A stretch of DNA of 64,000 bases from an uncultured Pelagibacteraceae bacterium (GTDB taxonomy: Bacteria > Pseudomonadota > Alphaproteobacteria > Pelagibacterales > AG-422-B15), in NCBI GenBank assembly GCA_902519835.1, contig CABYLU010000003.1, positions 24,916 through 88,915 of the forward strand, read 5' to 3'. The notes beneath the pieces were generated by a model. It was not told where the DNA came from and made no database searches. It was given only the letters and a program-made list of their open reading frames with translations. The position numbers and the translations under genes are program-made. Positions 47,679-57,682 of this stretch are shown here, piece by piece. How positions within the stretch are numbered: position 1 is the first letter of the stretch; each line of letters opens with the position of its first letter.

Positions 47679-49547
47679 TTAAGCTAATTTTTGTGATTTA
47701 GCTTTGGTTTTTATATATGATAAAATAATACTAAGGGCTGCAGGTGTAACGCCATCAATTCTTGATGCTTGAGATAAGTTTTTAGGCTTAATTTTTGTTA
47801 GCTTTTCAATGATTTCTGTCGATAAACTGGGAATTAATTCGTATTTAAGATTAGGTGAAATTTCAATTTTTTCTTCTTTAGTAAGTGAAATGATCTCACT
47901 TTCTTGCTTCTTAAGATAGCCTTTGTAATGAGCCTCTGTTGTTATTTGATCAAGAACTTCACTAGTATATTGCTTTAAATTTAAATCAAAGATCTCATCT
48001 ATTTTATCAATATCGATGTTAGGGTAAGCTAATAAGTCAAAAGCTGACCTTTTTTTGCCATCTTGATTAATTTGAACCCCAATCTTTGAAAGTGCATTAG
48101 GTGTAACATACTGATTTTTAACAATTTTATTTAATTTTTCTAGTTCAATTTTTTTATCTGAATACTTTTGATATCTATCAGCTTCAACTAGCCCTAAATT
48201 GTATCCAATGTCCGTTAATCTTAGGTCAGCATTATCTGCTCTCAATAACAGTCTATATTCTGCTCTAGAAGTGAACATTCTGTAGGGCTCCGTGACCCCC
48301 TTCAGGGTTAAGTCGTCTATCATTACTCCAATGTATGAGTCGTTTCTTGAAAAAACATGTTCTTTATTACTAAGAGAGATTGCAGCGTTCAAACCTGCTA
48401 CAAGCCCTTGCGCTGCAGCTTCCTCGTAACCTGTTGTACCGTTTATTTGTCCAGCAAGATAAAGGCCTTTTATCTTTTTAGTTTCTAAGGTTTGATAAAG
48501 TTCTTGTGGATCAATAAAATCGTATTCAATTGCATAACCATGCCTTACTATTTTAGCATTCTCTAAACCATTGATTTTACTTATGAATTCGTCCTGAACA
48601 TCTGGCGGGAGTGAAGTTGAGATGCCATTTGGATATATTAAATCACTATCAAGTCCTTCTGGTTCTAAAAAAATTTGATGCCTCAGTTTATCTGCAAATT
48701 TAACGACTTTATCTTCTACAGAAGGGCAATATCTAGGGCCTGTCCCACTAATTTGACCTGAGTAAATAGCTGATTTTGTTATGTTTTTTTGAATTATGTT
48801 GTGAACGGCCTCATTTGTATACGTCATGTGGCATGGTAATTGTTCATTATGAGTTTTTGTGGTTAGGAATGAGAAATAAGAGTGCTCATCATCAGCTTCC
48901 TGTTTTTCTAGCTTAGAAAAGTCTATTGTATTTTTATCCAATCTTGCAGGTGTCCCAGTTTTTAGACGTCCAATATTAAAGCCGGTTTTATACAGCGAGT
49001 CTGCAAGTCCTATGGAAGGAGAGTCGCCGTGTCTTCCAGCTGGAATAGTTTTGTCGCCTAAGTGGATTAGGCCGTTTAAAAATGTACCAGTTGTGATGAT
49101 GACTTTTTTAGTAGATATTTTTTTACCACTTGCACAAATCACACCAGCAGTTTGTTTACTATCATCAAAAATTAAATCTTCTACAGGATCAAACAAAAGT
49201 TCTAAATTCTGTGTATTTTCAATCTCCTCCTGCATGTGTTTTTTATAGAGCTTTCTATCCGATTGAGCTCTTGGTCCTCTTACTGCAGGACCTTTTGTTC
49301 TATTGAGTAACCTATATTGAATACTCGATAAATCAGCTATACGCCCCATTATTCCGTCCAATGCATCGATTTCCCTTACTAAGTGACCCTTGCCAAGACC
49401 ACCGATTGCAGGATTACAGGACATTTCCCCAATAGTATCAAATTTATGGCTGATTAAGAGGGTTTTTGCACCAACACGTGCGGATGTAGTTGCGGCTTCA
49501 CAACCGGCATGCCCTCCTCCAACTACTACAACGTCATAACTAGTCAT
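47679..49547 (-). CDS. mnmG: tRNA uridine 5-carboxymethylaminomethyl modification enzyme MnmG (GidA)
   Basis: Motif VVGGGHAGCEAA. 622 aa. Confidence 0.97.
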   Translation of the reverse strand: MTSYDVVVVGGGHAGCEAATTSARVGAKTLLISHKFDTIGEMSCNPAIGGLGKGHLVREIDALDGIMGRIADLSSIQYRLLNRTKGPAVRGPRAQSDRKLYKKHMQEEIENTQNLELLFDPVEDLIFDDSKQTAGVICASGKKISTKKVIITTGTFLNGLIHLGDKTIPAGRHGDSPSIGLADSLYKTGFNIGRLKTGTPARLDKNTIDFSKLEKQEADDEHSYFSFLTTKTHNEQLPCHMTYTNEAVHNIIQKNITKSAIYSGQISGTGPRYCPSVEDKVVKFADKLRHQIFLEPEGLDSDLIYPNGISTSLPPDVQDEFISKINGLENAKIVRHGYAIEYDFIDPQELYQTLETKKIKGLYLAGQINGTTGYEEAAAQGLVAGLNAAISLSNKEHVFSRNDSYIGVMIDDLTLKGVTEPYRMFTSRAEYRLLLRADNADLRLTDIGYNLGLVEADRYQKYSDKKIELEKLNKIVKNQYVTPNALSKIGVQINQDGKKRSAFDLLAYPNIDIDKIDEIFDLNLKQYTSEVLDQITTEAHYKGYLKKQESEIISLTKEEKIEISPNLKYELIPSLSTEIIEKLTKIKPKNLSQASRIDGVTPAALSIILSYIKTKAKSQKLA

Positions 49548-49595
49548 GAATAAGTTAATTAAATTAACTTAGACTAATTGCAATCAATTATTTTG

Positions 49596-50891
49596 TTATT
49601 TACCGATGCAAAAATCTTTAAAAATAACTTCTAAATATTCTTCTACATCAACATGACCGGTTATTTTTCCAATTTCTTGAATAGCTAATCTTAACTCCTC
49701 GACCATAAGTTCAGAATTAACTTTTAAATCGATACTTTTTGCACTTAGTAAACTTTGCACAGAATTTTGAACACCTAAGATGTATCGAGTCTTTGTCGGT
49801 ATGGTATCAGTGTAACTTATGAATTTGTTTGATACATGCTCAGCAATTTTATTAATTAAAGTATCAATACCGCTTCCATTTGAAACTGAAATATTGATAC
49901 AACCTACTTGTTTGTAACTATTATGTAAGTCACATTTATTTAGAACTGTTAGTCGATCTTCATGTAACTCAACATTATTTGGATTATCAAATAATTCCAA
50001 AACTAAATTTGCTTCTTTTATTTTACTTTGAGTTATCTCAATTCCTTTTTTTTCGATCTCATCTTCAGTGTCTCTTAAACCCGCAGTGTCTGTTAAAATG
50101 ACTGGAAATCCAGCAATATTTAGCCTTACTTCAATCGCATCTCTGGTCGTGCCCTCCCTATCAGACACAATTGCAACATCACGATCTGCAAGTGAATTTA
50201 TCAAACTTGATTTACCAACATTTGGAGATCCAATGATAGCAACTTTATAACCATCTCGTAATATCTCCCCTTGATTACGTTGTTTTAAATGCTCATTCAT
50301 TTCACCTAAAAGTTTTTCAATTTTTGAATTGATATTGTTAAGAACATTTTCAGGAATATCTTCGTCCGCAAAATCTATATCGGCTTCGAGGTAAGCAACT
50401 AACTCTATTAAAGACTTTCTCCATGATAAATATAGTTTATTCAGTGAGCCGTTCATCTGGGACAGTGCTTGATTATGTTGAACTTCAGTTTGGGCGTTAA
50501 TTAGATCACCCATGGCTTCAATTGCTGTAAGATCCATTTTGTTATTCACAAATGCTCTTTTTGAAAATTCACCAGGTTGAGCAAGTCTTAACTGATCAAT
50601 ATTAGAAAGTGATTTGAGTAAAAGCTGAACAGTTGTATGGCCGCCATGAACATGAAACTCAACAACATCTTCACCTGTGAAACTTTTTGGTTTTGAGAAA
50701 AATACAGCAAGACCTTTGTCAATTAAGTTTCCACTTTCTGGATCATAAAATTCTGATTTTGTTAAGACGTTTGGATCAAAGTGACTCTTTCTAGAAATTG
50801 TTTTAAGAGCGGTAAGCGCTAGATGTCCTGAAACTCTTACAACCGCTAACCCCGCAACACCGCTGGCAGTTGATAATGCAAAAATTGTCAT
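49596..50891 (-). CDS. mnmE: tRNA modification GTPase MnmE (TrmE)
   Basis: G1 motif GSPNVGKSSL, DTAG, NKCD, and the C-terminal CIGK. Confidence 0.95.
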   Translation of the reverse strand: MTIFALSTASGVAGLAVVRVSGHLALTALKTISRKSHFDPNVLTKSEFYDPESGNLIDKGLAVFFSKPKSFTGEDVVEFHVHGGHTTVQLLLKSLSNIDQLRLAQPGEFSKRAFVNNKMDLTAIEAMGDLINAQTEVQHNQALSQMNGSLNKLYLSWRKSLIELVAYLEADIDFADEDIPENVLNNINSKIEKLLGEMNEHLKQRNQGEILRDGYKVAIIGSPNVGKSSLINSLADRDVAIVSDREGTTRDAIEVRLNIAGFPVILTDTAGLRDTEDEIEKKGIEITQSKIKEANLVLELFDNPNNVELHEDRLTVLNKCDLHNSYKQVGCINISVSNGSGIDTLINKIAEHVSNKFISYTDTIPTKTRYILGVQNSVQSLLSAKSIDLKVNSELMVEELRLAIQEIGKITGHVDVEEYLEVIFKDFCIGK

Positions 50892-51208
50892 TTTTTTATT
50901 TGGAGGTTTTCAGCGATACGGTCGTTGATTAGATGTTCATTGATTACTTGGTCCACCTCTTCTTCTGTTTTACACGAGTACCAAACATTATCTGGATAAA
51001 CAACAAGTGTGGGACCAAACTCACAATGATCCAAACAACCTGATGCGTTTATTCTTATTTTCTTATCAGAAACTAATTCTTTTGTTTTTTTCTTCATGTA
51101 GGCTCGTAGCACTGTGGAATTTTTGGAAGCACAACAACCTTTTGGATGACCATCGGGTCTTTGGTTGGTGCAAAAAAATACATGTCTTTCAAAAAATTTG
51201 TTAGTCAT
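50888..51208 (-). CDS. Thioredoxin-like [2Fe-2S] ferredoxin-domain protein
   Basis: 106 aa with a Cys pattern FFCTNQR...GCCASK...SGCLDHCEFGP typical of this family. Confidence 0.75.
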   Translation of the reverse strand: MTNKFFERHVFFCTNQRPDGHPKGCCASKNSTVLRAYMKKKTKELVSDKKIRINASGCLDHCEFGPTLVVYPDNVWYSCKTEEEVDQVINEHLINDRIAENLQIKK

Positions 51209-51238
51209 AAGGTCAAAAAATTATAATATCTTATATAT

Positions 51239-51694
51239 ATGAGCAGCTACGTTTTCAAATCAATCATTGGCAATATTGAGCTTGTCTCAAGTAAAAATAG
51301 AATAATTGCAGTTCATAGAACAAGGAAAAAGCCTAACAAAACAGAGGATAAGCTTTTAAAAAGATCTGCGCTTCAAATTAAAATGTATCTTGCGCGCAAA
51401 AGGCGATCCCTTAATTTTCCAACAAGACAAATGGGCACAAAATTTCAAAACCGTGTTTGGAATTATTTACGAAGGATACCTTATGGTAGAACAACTACTT
51501 ATGGAGACATTGCAAGGAAGTTGAGAACTTCGCCCCGAGCTGTTGGGGGAGCCTTAGGAAGAAATAATCTTATGATGACAGTTCCATGTCACAGAGTAGT
51601 TGGAAGTGACGGCAAACTCACAGGATTTACATCAGTGGGTGGGTTAAGTACCAAAAGAAATTTACTGAACATTGAACAAAAAACTAAAAAATAA
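51239..51694 (+). CDS. ogt: Methylated-DNA--protein-cysteine methyltransferase
   Basis: Active-site PCHRVV and the upstream YGDIA block. 151 aa. Confidence 0.85.
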   Translation: MSSYVFKSIIGNIELVSSKNRIIAVHRTRKKPNKTEDKLLKRSALQIKMYLARKRRSLNFPTRQMGTKFQNRVWNYLRRIPYGRTTTYGDIARKLRTSPRAVGGALGRNNLMMTVPCHRVVGSDGKLTGFTSVGGLSTKRNLLNIEQKTKK

Positions 51695-52211
51695 TCTTGA
51701 AAAGAAAATTAGGGTAATTCCTAATTTTCCAAAAAAAGGTATTCAGTTTCAAGATATAACTTCAATCACAGACAGTAAGCAGCTTTTTACCGAAGTTGTT
51801 AATGAAATTTCTAAATATTGTAAAAAAAATAAATTTACTAAAGTAGCTGGGATAGAAGCAAGAGGCTTCATCTTTGGATCAGCTGTTGCCTACAAGCTTG
51901 GCTTACCTTTTATTCCAATAAGAAAAAAAGGGAAACTTCCAGGGAAAATAGTCAAACAAAAATACAAGTTAGAGTATGGGATGGATGAAATCCAGGTACA
52001 CAAACACTCTATCACTTCTAGAGATAAGGTTTTGATTGTCGATGACTTAATTGCAACCGGTGGAACAGCTAACGCGGCCGCAAAGCTAATTTCAAAACTT
52101 GGAGTTAAAGAAATTGAATTTTTTATGATAATTGATTTATGGAACCTTGAAGGCTCAAAAAAGATTTCTAAAAGTTATCAGATAAGGTCGTTGATGAAGG
52201 CAGAAGGATAG
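51672..52211 (+). CDS. apt: Adenine phosphoribosyltransferase
   Basis: Motifs FPKKGIQFQDIT and the PRPP motif VLIVDDLIATGGTA. Only a TTG start (51672) is available upstream of the conserved N-terminus. Confidence 0.88.
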   Translation: MNKKLKNNLEKKIRVIPNFPKKGIQFQDITSITDSKQLFTEVVNEISKYCKKNKFTKVAGIEARGFIFGSAVAYKLGLPFIPIRKKGKLPGKIVKQKYKLEYGMDEIQVHKHSITSRDKVLIVDDLIATGGTANAAAKLISKLGVKEIEFFMIIDLWNLEGSKKISKSYQIRSLMKAEG

Positions 52212-52212
52212 T

Positions 52213-53478
52213 TTACTTATTCATTGACTGGAAAAAATCGGCATTATCTTTGGTTTCTTTCAGTTTTCCAAGTAAGAATTCAATGGAGTCCATTGTTCCC
52301 ATTGGGTTAAGAATACGTCTAAGAACATACATTTTCTGAAGCTCGTCTTTATCAAGCAGTATCTCCTCTTTTCGAGTACCGGACTTTGTAATATCAATTG
52401 CAGGATATATTCTTTTATCAGCAACTTTCCTGTCCAATATAATTTCTGAGTTACCAGTACCTTTAAATTCCTCAAAAATTACCTCATCCATTCTACTACC
52501 TGTATCAATCAGAGCAGTTGAAATAATAGTTAGTGAACCGCCATCTTCAATATTTCTGGCTGCACCAAAAAATCTCTTTGGTCTCTGTAAAGCGTTTGCA
52601 TCAACACCACCTGTTAATACCTTTCCTGAACTTGGAACAACTGTATTGTAAGCACGACCCAGTCGAGTTATAGAGTCCAAAAGAATAACAACATCTTTTT
52701 TATGCTCCACTAATCTTTTTGCTTTATTGATGACCATCTCAGCAACTTGTACGTGACGCGATGCCGGCTCATCAAATGTTGAACTGACAACCTCTCCTTT
52801 TACAGAGCGTTGCATATCTGTAACTTCCTCTGGCCTCTCATCAATTAATAGAACCATCAAATAACATTCTGGATGATTATCAGTAATTGAATGTGCAATA
52901 TTCTGCAGCAAGACTGTTTTACCTGTTCTTGGCGGTGAAACAATAAGTGCTCTTTGACCCTTACCGATTGGCGCAACCAAATCAATTACTCTTGAACTTT
53001 GATCGCTTGCTGGTTTTTCAGTTTCTAATCTGATTTGCTCATCAGGATAAAGAGGTGTTAAGTTATCAAAATTGATTTTATTTCTACTTTTTTCAGTTGC
53101 TTCGTAATTGATTGTATCAATTTTTAATAATGCAAAATAACGTTCACCATCCTTTGGTGCTCTAATTGGACCTTCAACAGTATCTCCAGACCTCAATCCA
53201 AATCTTTTGATTTGACTTGGACTTACATAAATATCATCAGGACCTGGAAGATAATTTGCCTCCATTGATCTTAAAAAACCAAACCCATCCTGTAAAACTT
53301 CTAAAACTCCCTCACCGTCAATATCTTTGCTGTCACTCGCAAGAGTTTTCAATATTTCAAACAGCATATCTTGTGTGCGCATTGAGCTGGCATTTTCAAC
53401 ACCAAGCTCCTCTGCATAAACAAGAAGTTCTTGTGGGGTTTTTTTCTTAAGGTCTCTTAGTTTTAAGTTTTTAGCCAT
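52213..53478 (-). CDS. rho: Transcription termination factor Rho
   Basis: Rho N-terminal and CSD-like domains. Walker A PPRTGKT. 421 aa. Confidence 0.97.
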   Translation of the reverse strand: MAKNLKLRDLKKKTPQELLVYAEELGVENASSMRTQDMLFEILKTLASDSKDIDGEGVLEVLQDGFGFLRSMEANYLPGPDDIYVSPSQIKRFGLRSGDTVEGPIRAPKDGERYFALLKIDTINYEATEKSRNKINFDNLTPLYPDEQIRLETEKPASDQSSRVIDLVAPIGKGQRALIVSPPRTGKTVLLQNIAHSITDNHPECYLMVLLIDERPEEVTDMQRSVKGEVVSSTFDEPASRHVQVAEMVINKAKRLVEHKKDVVILLDSITRLGRAYNTVVPSSGKVLTGGVDANALQRPKRFFGAARNIEDGGSLTIISTALIDTGSRMDEVIFEEFKGTGNSEIILDRKVADKRIYPAIDITKSGTRKEEILLDKDELQKMYVLRRILNPMGTMDSIEFLLGKLKETKDNADFFQSMNK

Positions 53479-53555
53479 TCGTTTAAATGATGATGATAAT
53501 GTGGAAAATAGTTTGGAAGCTGCTTTCTAACCGTAATCCTTAAATATAGCAAGTT

Positions 53556-53999
53556 TTATATTGGTTTAAAAATAACTAGAAATACGACAATTATCATCAA
53601 AACTGTTGGAAATTCATTGATAATTCTAAAAAAACGCTCTGATTTTGGCCTTTTATCCTCTTGAAACTCTCTTGTTAATTTTGAGAAATACCCATGAACT
53701 CCAGACATAAGAATCACAAATATGATTTTTAATTGAAGCCATAATTGAGACAGCGCATCAACACCCAAGTTTGATATCAACGCTAAACCAAACAACCATG
53801 AAAATATCATTGCTGGATTCATAATAATTTTAAGTAAACGTAATTCCATTAATTTAAAAGTCTCTGAAGAGTCAGACCCCACTTCTTTACTCCAATGATA
53901 AACAAATAATCTTGGCAAATATAAAAGGCCCGCCATCCAAGCTATAACGCTGATGATGTGCAAACTAAGAAATAAATTATATAAGAAAATTGAATTCAT
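53556..53999 (-). CDS. hemJ: Protoporphyrinogen IX oxidase HemJ
   Basis: 147-aa polytopic membrane protein with LHIISVIAWMAGLLYLPRLFVYH. Sits next to hemH and hemE. Confidence 0.8.
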   Translation of the reverse strand: MNSIFLYNLFLSLHIISVIAWMAGLLYLPRLFVYHWSKEVGSDSSETFKLMELRLLKIIMNPAMIFSWLFGLALISNLGVDALSQLWLQLKIIFVILMSGVHGYFSKLTREFQEDKRPKSERFFRIINEFPTVLMIIVVFLVIFKPI

Positions 54000-55015
54000 C
54001 TTAATTCTTGATCACATTGTTTAAACGTTGCTGGACATATCTTTTGCCTGATATTTCCACTCTCAACTTTCTCTGACTCACTGACTATTTCAGATAAGTT
54101 TTCTATAAATGTTTGATCAATATTTAAAGACTCAGATCTATAATAATGCTTACAGCCTAGTTCGCTTGCAAGTTCTTGGTACTCGATATCTAATTCAACA
54201 AGTGTTTCAGAGTGGTCCGAGACAAACGCTATTGGAACAATAACCAGGGCCCTATCCTCGCTAATTGCATTTTCTATTTCACTTGGTGTTGTTGGTTCAA
54301 GCCATTTAACTGGAGTAACTTTACTTTGGTAAGCCAAGACATGATCTTCATAACCATAAATGCCCTGCATGACCGCCTTAACTGTTTGCTCCACTTGCCA
54401 CTGATATGGATCACCTTTATTAATGATTGATACGGGTAAACTGTGAGCGGAAAACAGAACTCTTACTTTCTTATCTTTGACGTAGTTTATTTTGTCTTGG
54501 ATCAGTTTTTGATGGGCTTTAATTAATTTCGCGTCATATGGATAACAACAGGTGTATTTTGTTTTTGCATTTAATTCCTGGTTTTGGGCTTCTTTGAACC
54601 ACGCGTCCAGAGAAGATTTTGTTGTAGTTGTGGAATACTGTGGATATAGGGGCAGTAAAAATATTTTATCTGGATTATAGTCTTTAACTTTTGAAACGAC
54701 CTCGGCTGTCATTGGATGCCAATATCTCATGCAAACAAATACTTTGTTCTCAATGCCTTTGTTTTTTAACTCTTTCTGAAGGGCCTCTGCTTGGGAGTTA
54801 GTAATTTCAAGAATAGGTGATTTACCGCCTATTTCGGCATAAATTTCAGTAGCCTCTTTAGTGCGACGAGAAGATATAAGCCTTGCCAATAAATACCTGA
54901 AGGGATTTGGAAGTCTAAATATGTTGGGATCATTAAACAGATTAAATAAAAAAGGTTTTACGCTTTCTTGTTTGTCTGGTCCGCCCAAATTAAATAAAAC
55001 GACCGCTGTTTTCAT
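53996..55015 (-). CDS. hemH: Ferrochelatase
   Basis: Motifs LFNLGGP, PLYPQYS and FSAHSLP. 339 aa. Confidence 0.92.
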   Translation of the reverse strand: MKTAVVLFNLGGPDKQESVKPFLFNLFNDPNIFRLPNPFRYLLARLISSRRTKEATEIYAEIGGKSPILEITNSQAEALQKELKNKGIENKVFVCMRYWHPMTAEVVSKVKDYNPDKIFLLPLYPQYSTTTTKSSLDAWFKEAQNQELNAKTKYTCCYPYDAKLIKAHQKLIQDKINYVKDKKVRVLFSAHSLPVSIINKGDPYQWQVEQTVKAVMQGIYGYEDHVLAYQSKVTPVKWLEPTTPSEIENAISEDRALVIVPIAFVSDHSETLVELDIEYQELASELGCKHYYRSESLNIDQTFIENLSEIVSESEKVESGNIRQKICPATFKQCDQELR

Positions 55016-55998
55016 GTTGACCTTATCTGTAAGAGCATTTGCTCAACCTTCTCAATTGATGTCTCGGGTAAAACCCCATGTCCTAAATTAAAAATATGTG
55101 GTCTTTCTCTAAAAGCAAACAATATTTCTTCAATTTTCTGACCAAGATTTTGAGAGTCTTTTAATAGATGTTTAGGATCCAGATTTCCTTGAAAAACAAT
55201 TTTATCGTTTAGCTCGTTAATTTTATCTAAAGGAAAATTATAGTCTAAGGTAATACAGTCAAGCTTATCTATATTTGAATATTTTTTATAACATGCAAGA
55301 TTAGTGTTTCTAGGAAAGCCAATAATGGGAATGTCTTTTATTTTTTTTATACTCTCAATAATTTTTTTTGTAGGTTGAATACACCACTTGTTGAACTGTT
55401 CGTCATTCAAATGTTCTGCTGCTGATTCAAATATTTGAAAAGCATCAATCCCACAATCAATTTGCATTTCTGCGTGCTGAATGATGGCGTGTGTCATTTG
55501 CTCGATTAAGTTGTCTATTAGTGAAGTCTTTTTTACAATATCTTCGAATTTAAGATTTTGACGTTCATTCTTTTCATACAAACAATAAAACAGTGTCGTC
55601 CATGCTCCGCCAGCAAATCCTATTAAAGGGACATCTGTATTTTCTTTAATTTTTTTTATTCCTGTTGCAAGGGGTAGGGTTTTTTCAAGATTATAACTCA
55701 TGTTCTCATTGAACTTTATTACGGGGCCCTGCTCATCATTAAAACTAACACTTGAGCCCGCTGCAAAAGGGGTTATTAAAATATCTGAAAACACAATACA
55801 GGCATCCATACCGTATCTGTTTACTGGCTGCAGGGAAACTTCAAGTATTGCTGAGGGATCAAGAAACATATCCATAAGGTTTGCAAATTGTTTTCTGATA
55901 CTTATATATTCAGGCAAATGTCTTCCTGCCTGTCTCATTAACCAAACTGGTGTTGGGTTTGTTTTTTGACCCTTAAGTGTATCTATAAATATACTCAT
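55012..55998 (-). CDS. hemE: Uroporphyrinogen decarboxylase
   Basis: The conserved N-terminus PVWLMRQAGRHLPEY begins 18 aa after the ATG at 55998 (MSIFIDTLKGQK...). The tracked 63-codon upstream extension to 56187 has no homology and covers the AT-rich spacer. Confidence 0.9.
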   Translation of the reverse strand: MSIFIDTLKGQKTNPTPVWLMRQAGRHLPEYISIRKQFANLMDMFLDPSAILEVSLQPVNRYGMDACIVFSDILITPFAAGSSVSFNDEQGPVIKFNENMSYNLEKTLPLATGIKKIKENTDVPLIGFAGGAWTTLFYCLYEKNERQNLKFEDIVKKTSLIDNLIEQMTHAIIQHAEMQIDCGIDAFQIFESAAEHLNDEQFNKWCIQPTKKIIESIKKIKDIPIIGFPRNTNLACYKKYSNIDKLDCITLDYNFPLDKINELNDKIVFQGNLDPKHLLKDSQNLGQKIEEILFAFRERPHIFNLGHGVLPETSIEKVEQMLLQIRST

Positions 55999-56271
55999 TA
56001 TATTATATATATAATTGTAGTTGTTTATGTTCCTGTGGAATTGTGTATATATAAAAAGTCGCTTTTTGCCCACAATTCGATACACAGAACAATCGCTTTG
56101 AATTATATGCTTTTTAACCTTATACACCGACGTGGAAGAAAACCCCAATATCTCTAACAGGTGAACAAAGTTTGCAAAAATTCTCAATAAAGATAGAAAA
56201 ATAAGTTAAAAATTACAGATGGGTAAAGATAATAAAAGCACTCACAGGTCATAAGGGGTTTATACAGGTTT
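55999..56271. other. oriC: Candidate chromosomal replication origin (oriC) in the hemE-maf spacer
   Basis: This is the largest non-coding gap in the window (273 bp). It sits at the hemE-adjacent position where Caulobacter, Rickettsia and Sinorhizobium origins lie. Flanking genes diverge from it (45.4-56.0 kb all minus, 56.3-59.8 kb all plus). AT-rich runs at 55999-56018 and 56043-56056. Degenerate DnaA-box-like 9-mers: AATTCCACA (rc of 56034-56042), TTGCCCACA (56066-56074), TTATACACC (56120-56128), TTATACAGG (56260-56268). Confidence 0.5.
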
Positions 56272-56877
56272 ATGAACAGAGATATAATTTTGGCATCTAA
56301 AAGCGAAACAAGGATTAAATTATTACGTAACGCTGGCATAAGCTTTGAGTCCGTTGCTCATGGTGTAGATGAGGAAGAAGTCAAGATGTCGATGAGTAAA
56401 AATACTCCAGAAGAGATAGTGGTTAAACTTGCCGAGATGAAGGCCTTGAAGCCCTCCATGTCTAATAAAAGTGCATTTGTCATTGGATCTGACCAAGGTT
56501 TGGATCTGAATGGCGAGCTGATTAACAAGGCTGGGGATAGAAATGAAGCAAAAGAACAGTTGATGAAAATGAGCGGATCTATCCACACACTCATAACTGC
56601 CACAACAGTTGCTCAAGACAATAACATTATTTGGAAGTATGTAGACAGATCTAAAATGCATATGCGAAAGCTAAGCGAGGATCTGATAAAAGAGTATTTA
56701 AATAAAGTCGACGATAATATTCTTGGTCTTGTGGGTGTCTATGCAATTGAGGAGGAAGGAATTAAACTTTTTGAAAATATTGGGAGTGACCTTTTTTCAA
56801 TACAGGGCATATCATTAATTCAATTAACCCAGTTTCTTTGGGACAACAATCTTCTATTTGAAAACAATGGCACATAA
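56272..56877 (+). CDS. maf: Maf-like nucleoside triphosphate pyrophosphatase
   Basis: IILASKSETR N-terminus, VIGSDQ and AYAIEE-type (VYAIEEEG) blocks. 201 aa. Confidence 0.9.
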   Translation: MNRDIILASKSETRIKLLRNAGISFESVAHGVDEEEVKMSMSKNTPEEIVVKLAEMKALKPSMSNKSAFVIGSDQGLDLNGELINKAGDRNEAKEQLMKMSGSIHTLITATTVAQDNNIIWKYVDRSKMHMRKLSEDLIKEYLNKVDDNILGLVGVYAIEEEGIKLFENIGSDLFSIQGISLIQLTQFLWDNNLLFENNGT

Positions 56878-57682
56878 AAAAACAGCAGTTATTGGAGATC
56901 CAATAGATCACAGCCTTTCACCTAAAATTCATAATCACTGGATTGAAAGTGAGAAAATTGACGTAGGTCCCTACAAAAAAATAAATGTAAAAAAAGAAAA
57001 CTTTATTAGGGATGTTGATCGTTTAATAGAAGAGGGCTACTACGGTTTAAATGTTACGATCCCCCTTAAAGAGGACGCATACAGATATTGTGACAACACA
57101 TCCGATGTTGCAAGAACTCTCAAAGCAGTTAATACACTCATAATAAACAAAGATGGTGTTTATGGGGATAACACCGACCCGATTGGTTTTGAAAAATCAA
57201 TTGCAAACAGAGGCATAAATAACAAGCCGTGTTTAGTACTTGGAGCTGGCGGATCAGCAAGGGCAGTTGTATACGCGCTAACACACATGAAGTGTGAGAT
57301 TGGTATTTATAATAGAACAAGAGAAAACGCAGAGTCACTTTGCAGCGATCTGGGTGTTGAGGCAACAATCTTAACAGAAACAACACTTAGAGAGTTTGTC
57401 GGATCCTCACAATTAGTTGTCAACACCACAAGCTTAGGACAACAAGAGGGTGAAGAAAACAATTTAATAGACTTTGATAGCCTGAATTCATCTGCGCATG
57501 TTTACGACCTGATATACAATCCAAGCAAGACAACCTTTCTAAGACACGCTGAGAAAAATGGCTGCACAGTTCAAAATGGACTGGAAATGTTAATCCATCA
57601 AGCTGCACAGTCCTTCAACTTGTGGCACGACACAATGCCTGAGATTGATAAAGATTTAATGAGTGTATTGGGGGTTAGCTAG
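56867..57682 (+). CDS. aroE: Shikimate dehydrogenase
   Basis: Motifs VIGDPIDHSLSP, LNVTIPLKE and VLGAGGSARAV. The tracked TTG start at 56858 is trimmed to the ATG at 56867. Confidence 0.88.
   Translation: MAHKKTAVIGDPIDHSLSPKIHNHWIESEKIDVGPYKKINVKKENFIRDVDRLIEEGYYGLNVTIPLKEDAYRYCDNTSDVARTLKAVNTLIINKDGVYGDNTDPIGFEKSIANRGINNKPCLVLGAGGSARAVVYALTHMKCEIGIYNRTRENAESLCSDLGVEATILTETTLREFVGSSQLVVNTTSLGQQEGEENNLIDFDSLNSSAHVYDLIYNPSKTTFLRHAEKNGCTVQNGLEMLIHQAAQSFNLWHDTMPEIDKDLMSVLGVS

Noticed and set aside
53500-53508. A good DnaA-box-like motif (rc TTTTCCACA) in the 77-bp rho leader / hemJ-rho spacer as an alternative origin site
   Set aside because: It is a single box in a very short spacer with no AT-rich unwinding region, and the genes on both sides run in the same direction. 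The hemE-maf spacer is a much better origin candidate.
54629-54647. Two adjacent DnaA-box-like 9-mers (rc TATTCCACA and ATATCCACA) inside hemH, and a TGATCCACA-type box inside mnmG at 48505-48513
   Set aside because: The hemH pair is the direct coding consequence of the conserved ferrochelatase peptide LYPQYST (TAT CCA CAG TAT TCC ACA). The mnmG one is an isolated coding-region hit. Neither sits in non-coding DNA.
55999-56187. The 63-codon N-terminal extension of the hemE ORF in the supplied track (MRIFANFVHLLEILGF...)
   Set aside because: It has no similarity to HemE and is low-complexity and AT-driven. The conserved HemE N-terminus starts right after the internal ATG at 55998. The region is better explained as the non-coding origin spacer.
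55999-56271. CtrA (TTAA-N7-TTAA) sites and GANTC methylation sites in the candidate origin
   Set aside because: I checked each TTAA in the spacer (for example 56114-56117 and 56206-56209) and none has a second TTAA at N7 spacing. I also saw no GANTC. No claim of Caulobacter-like CtrA control can be made.
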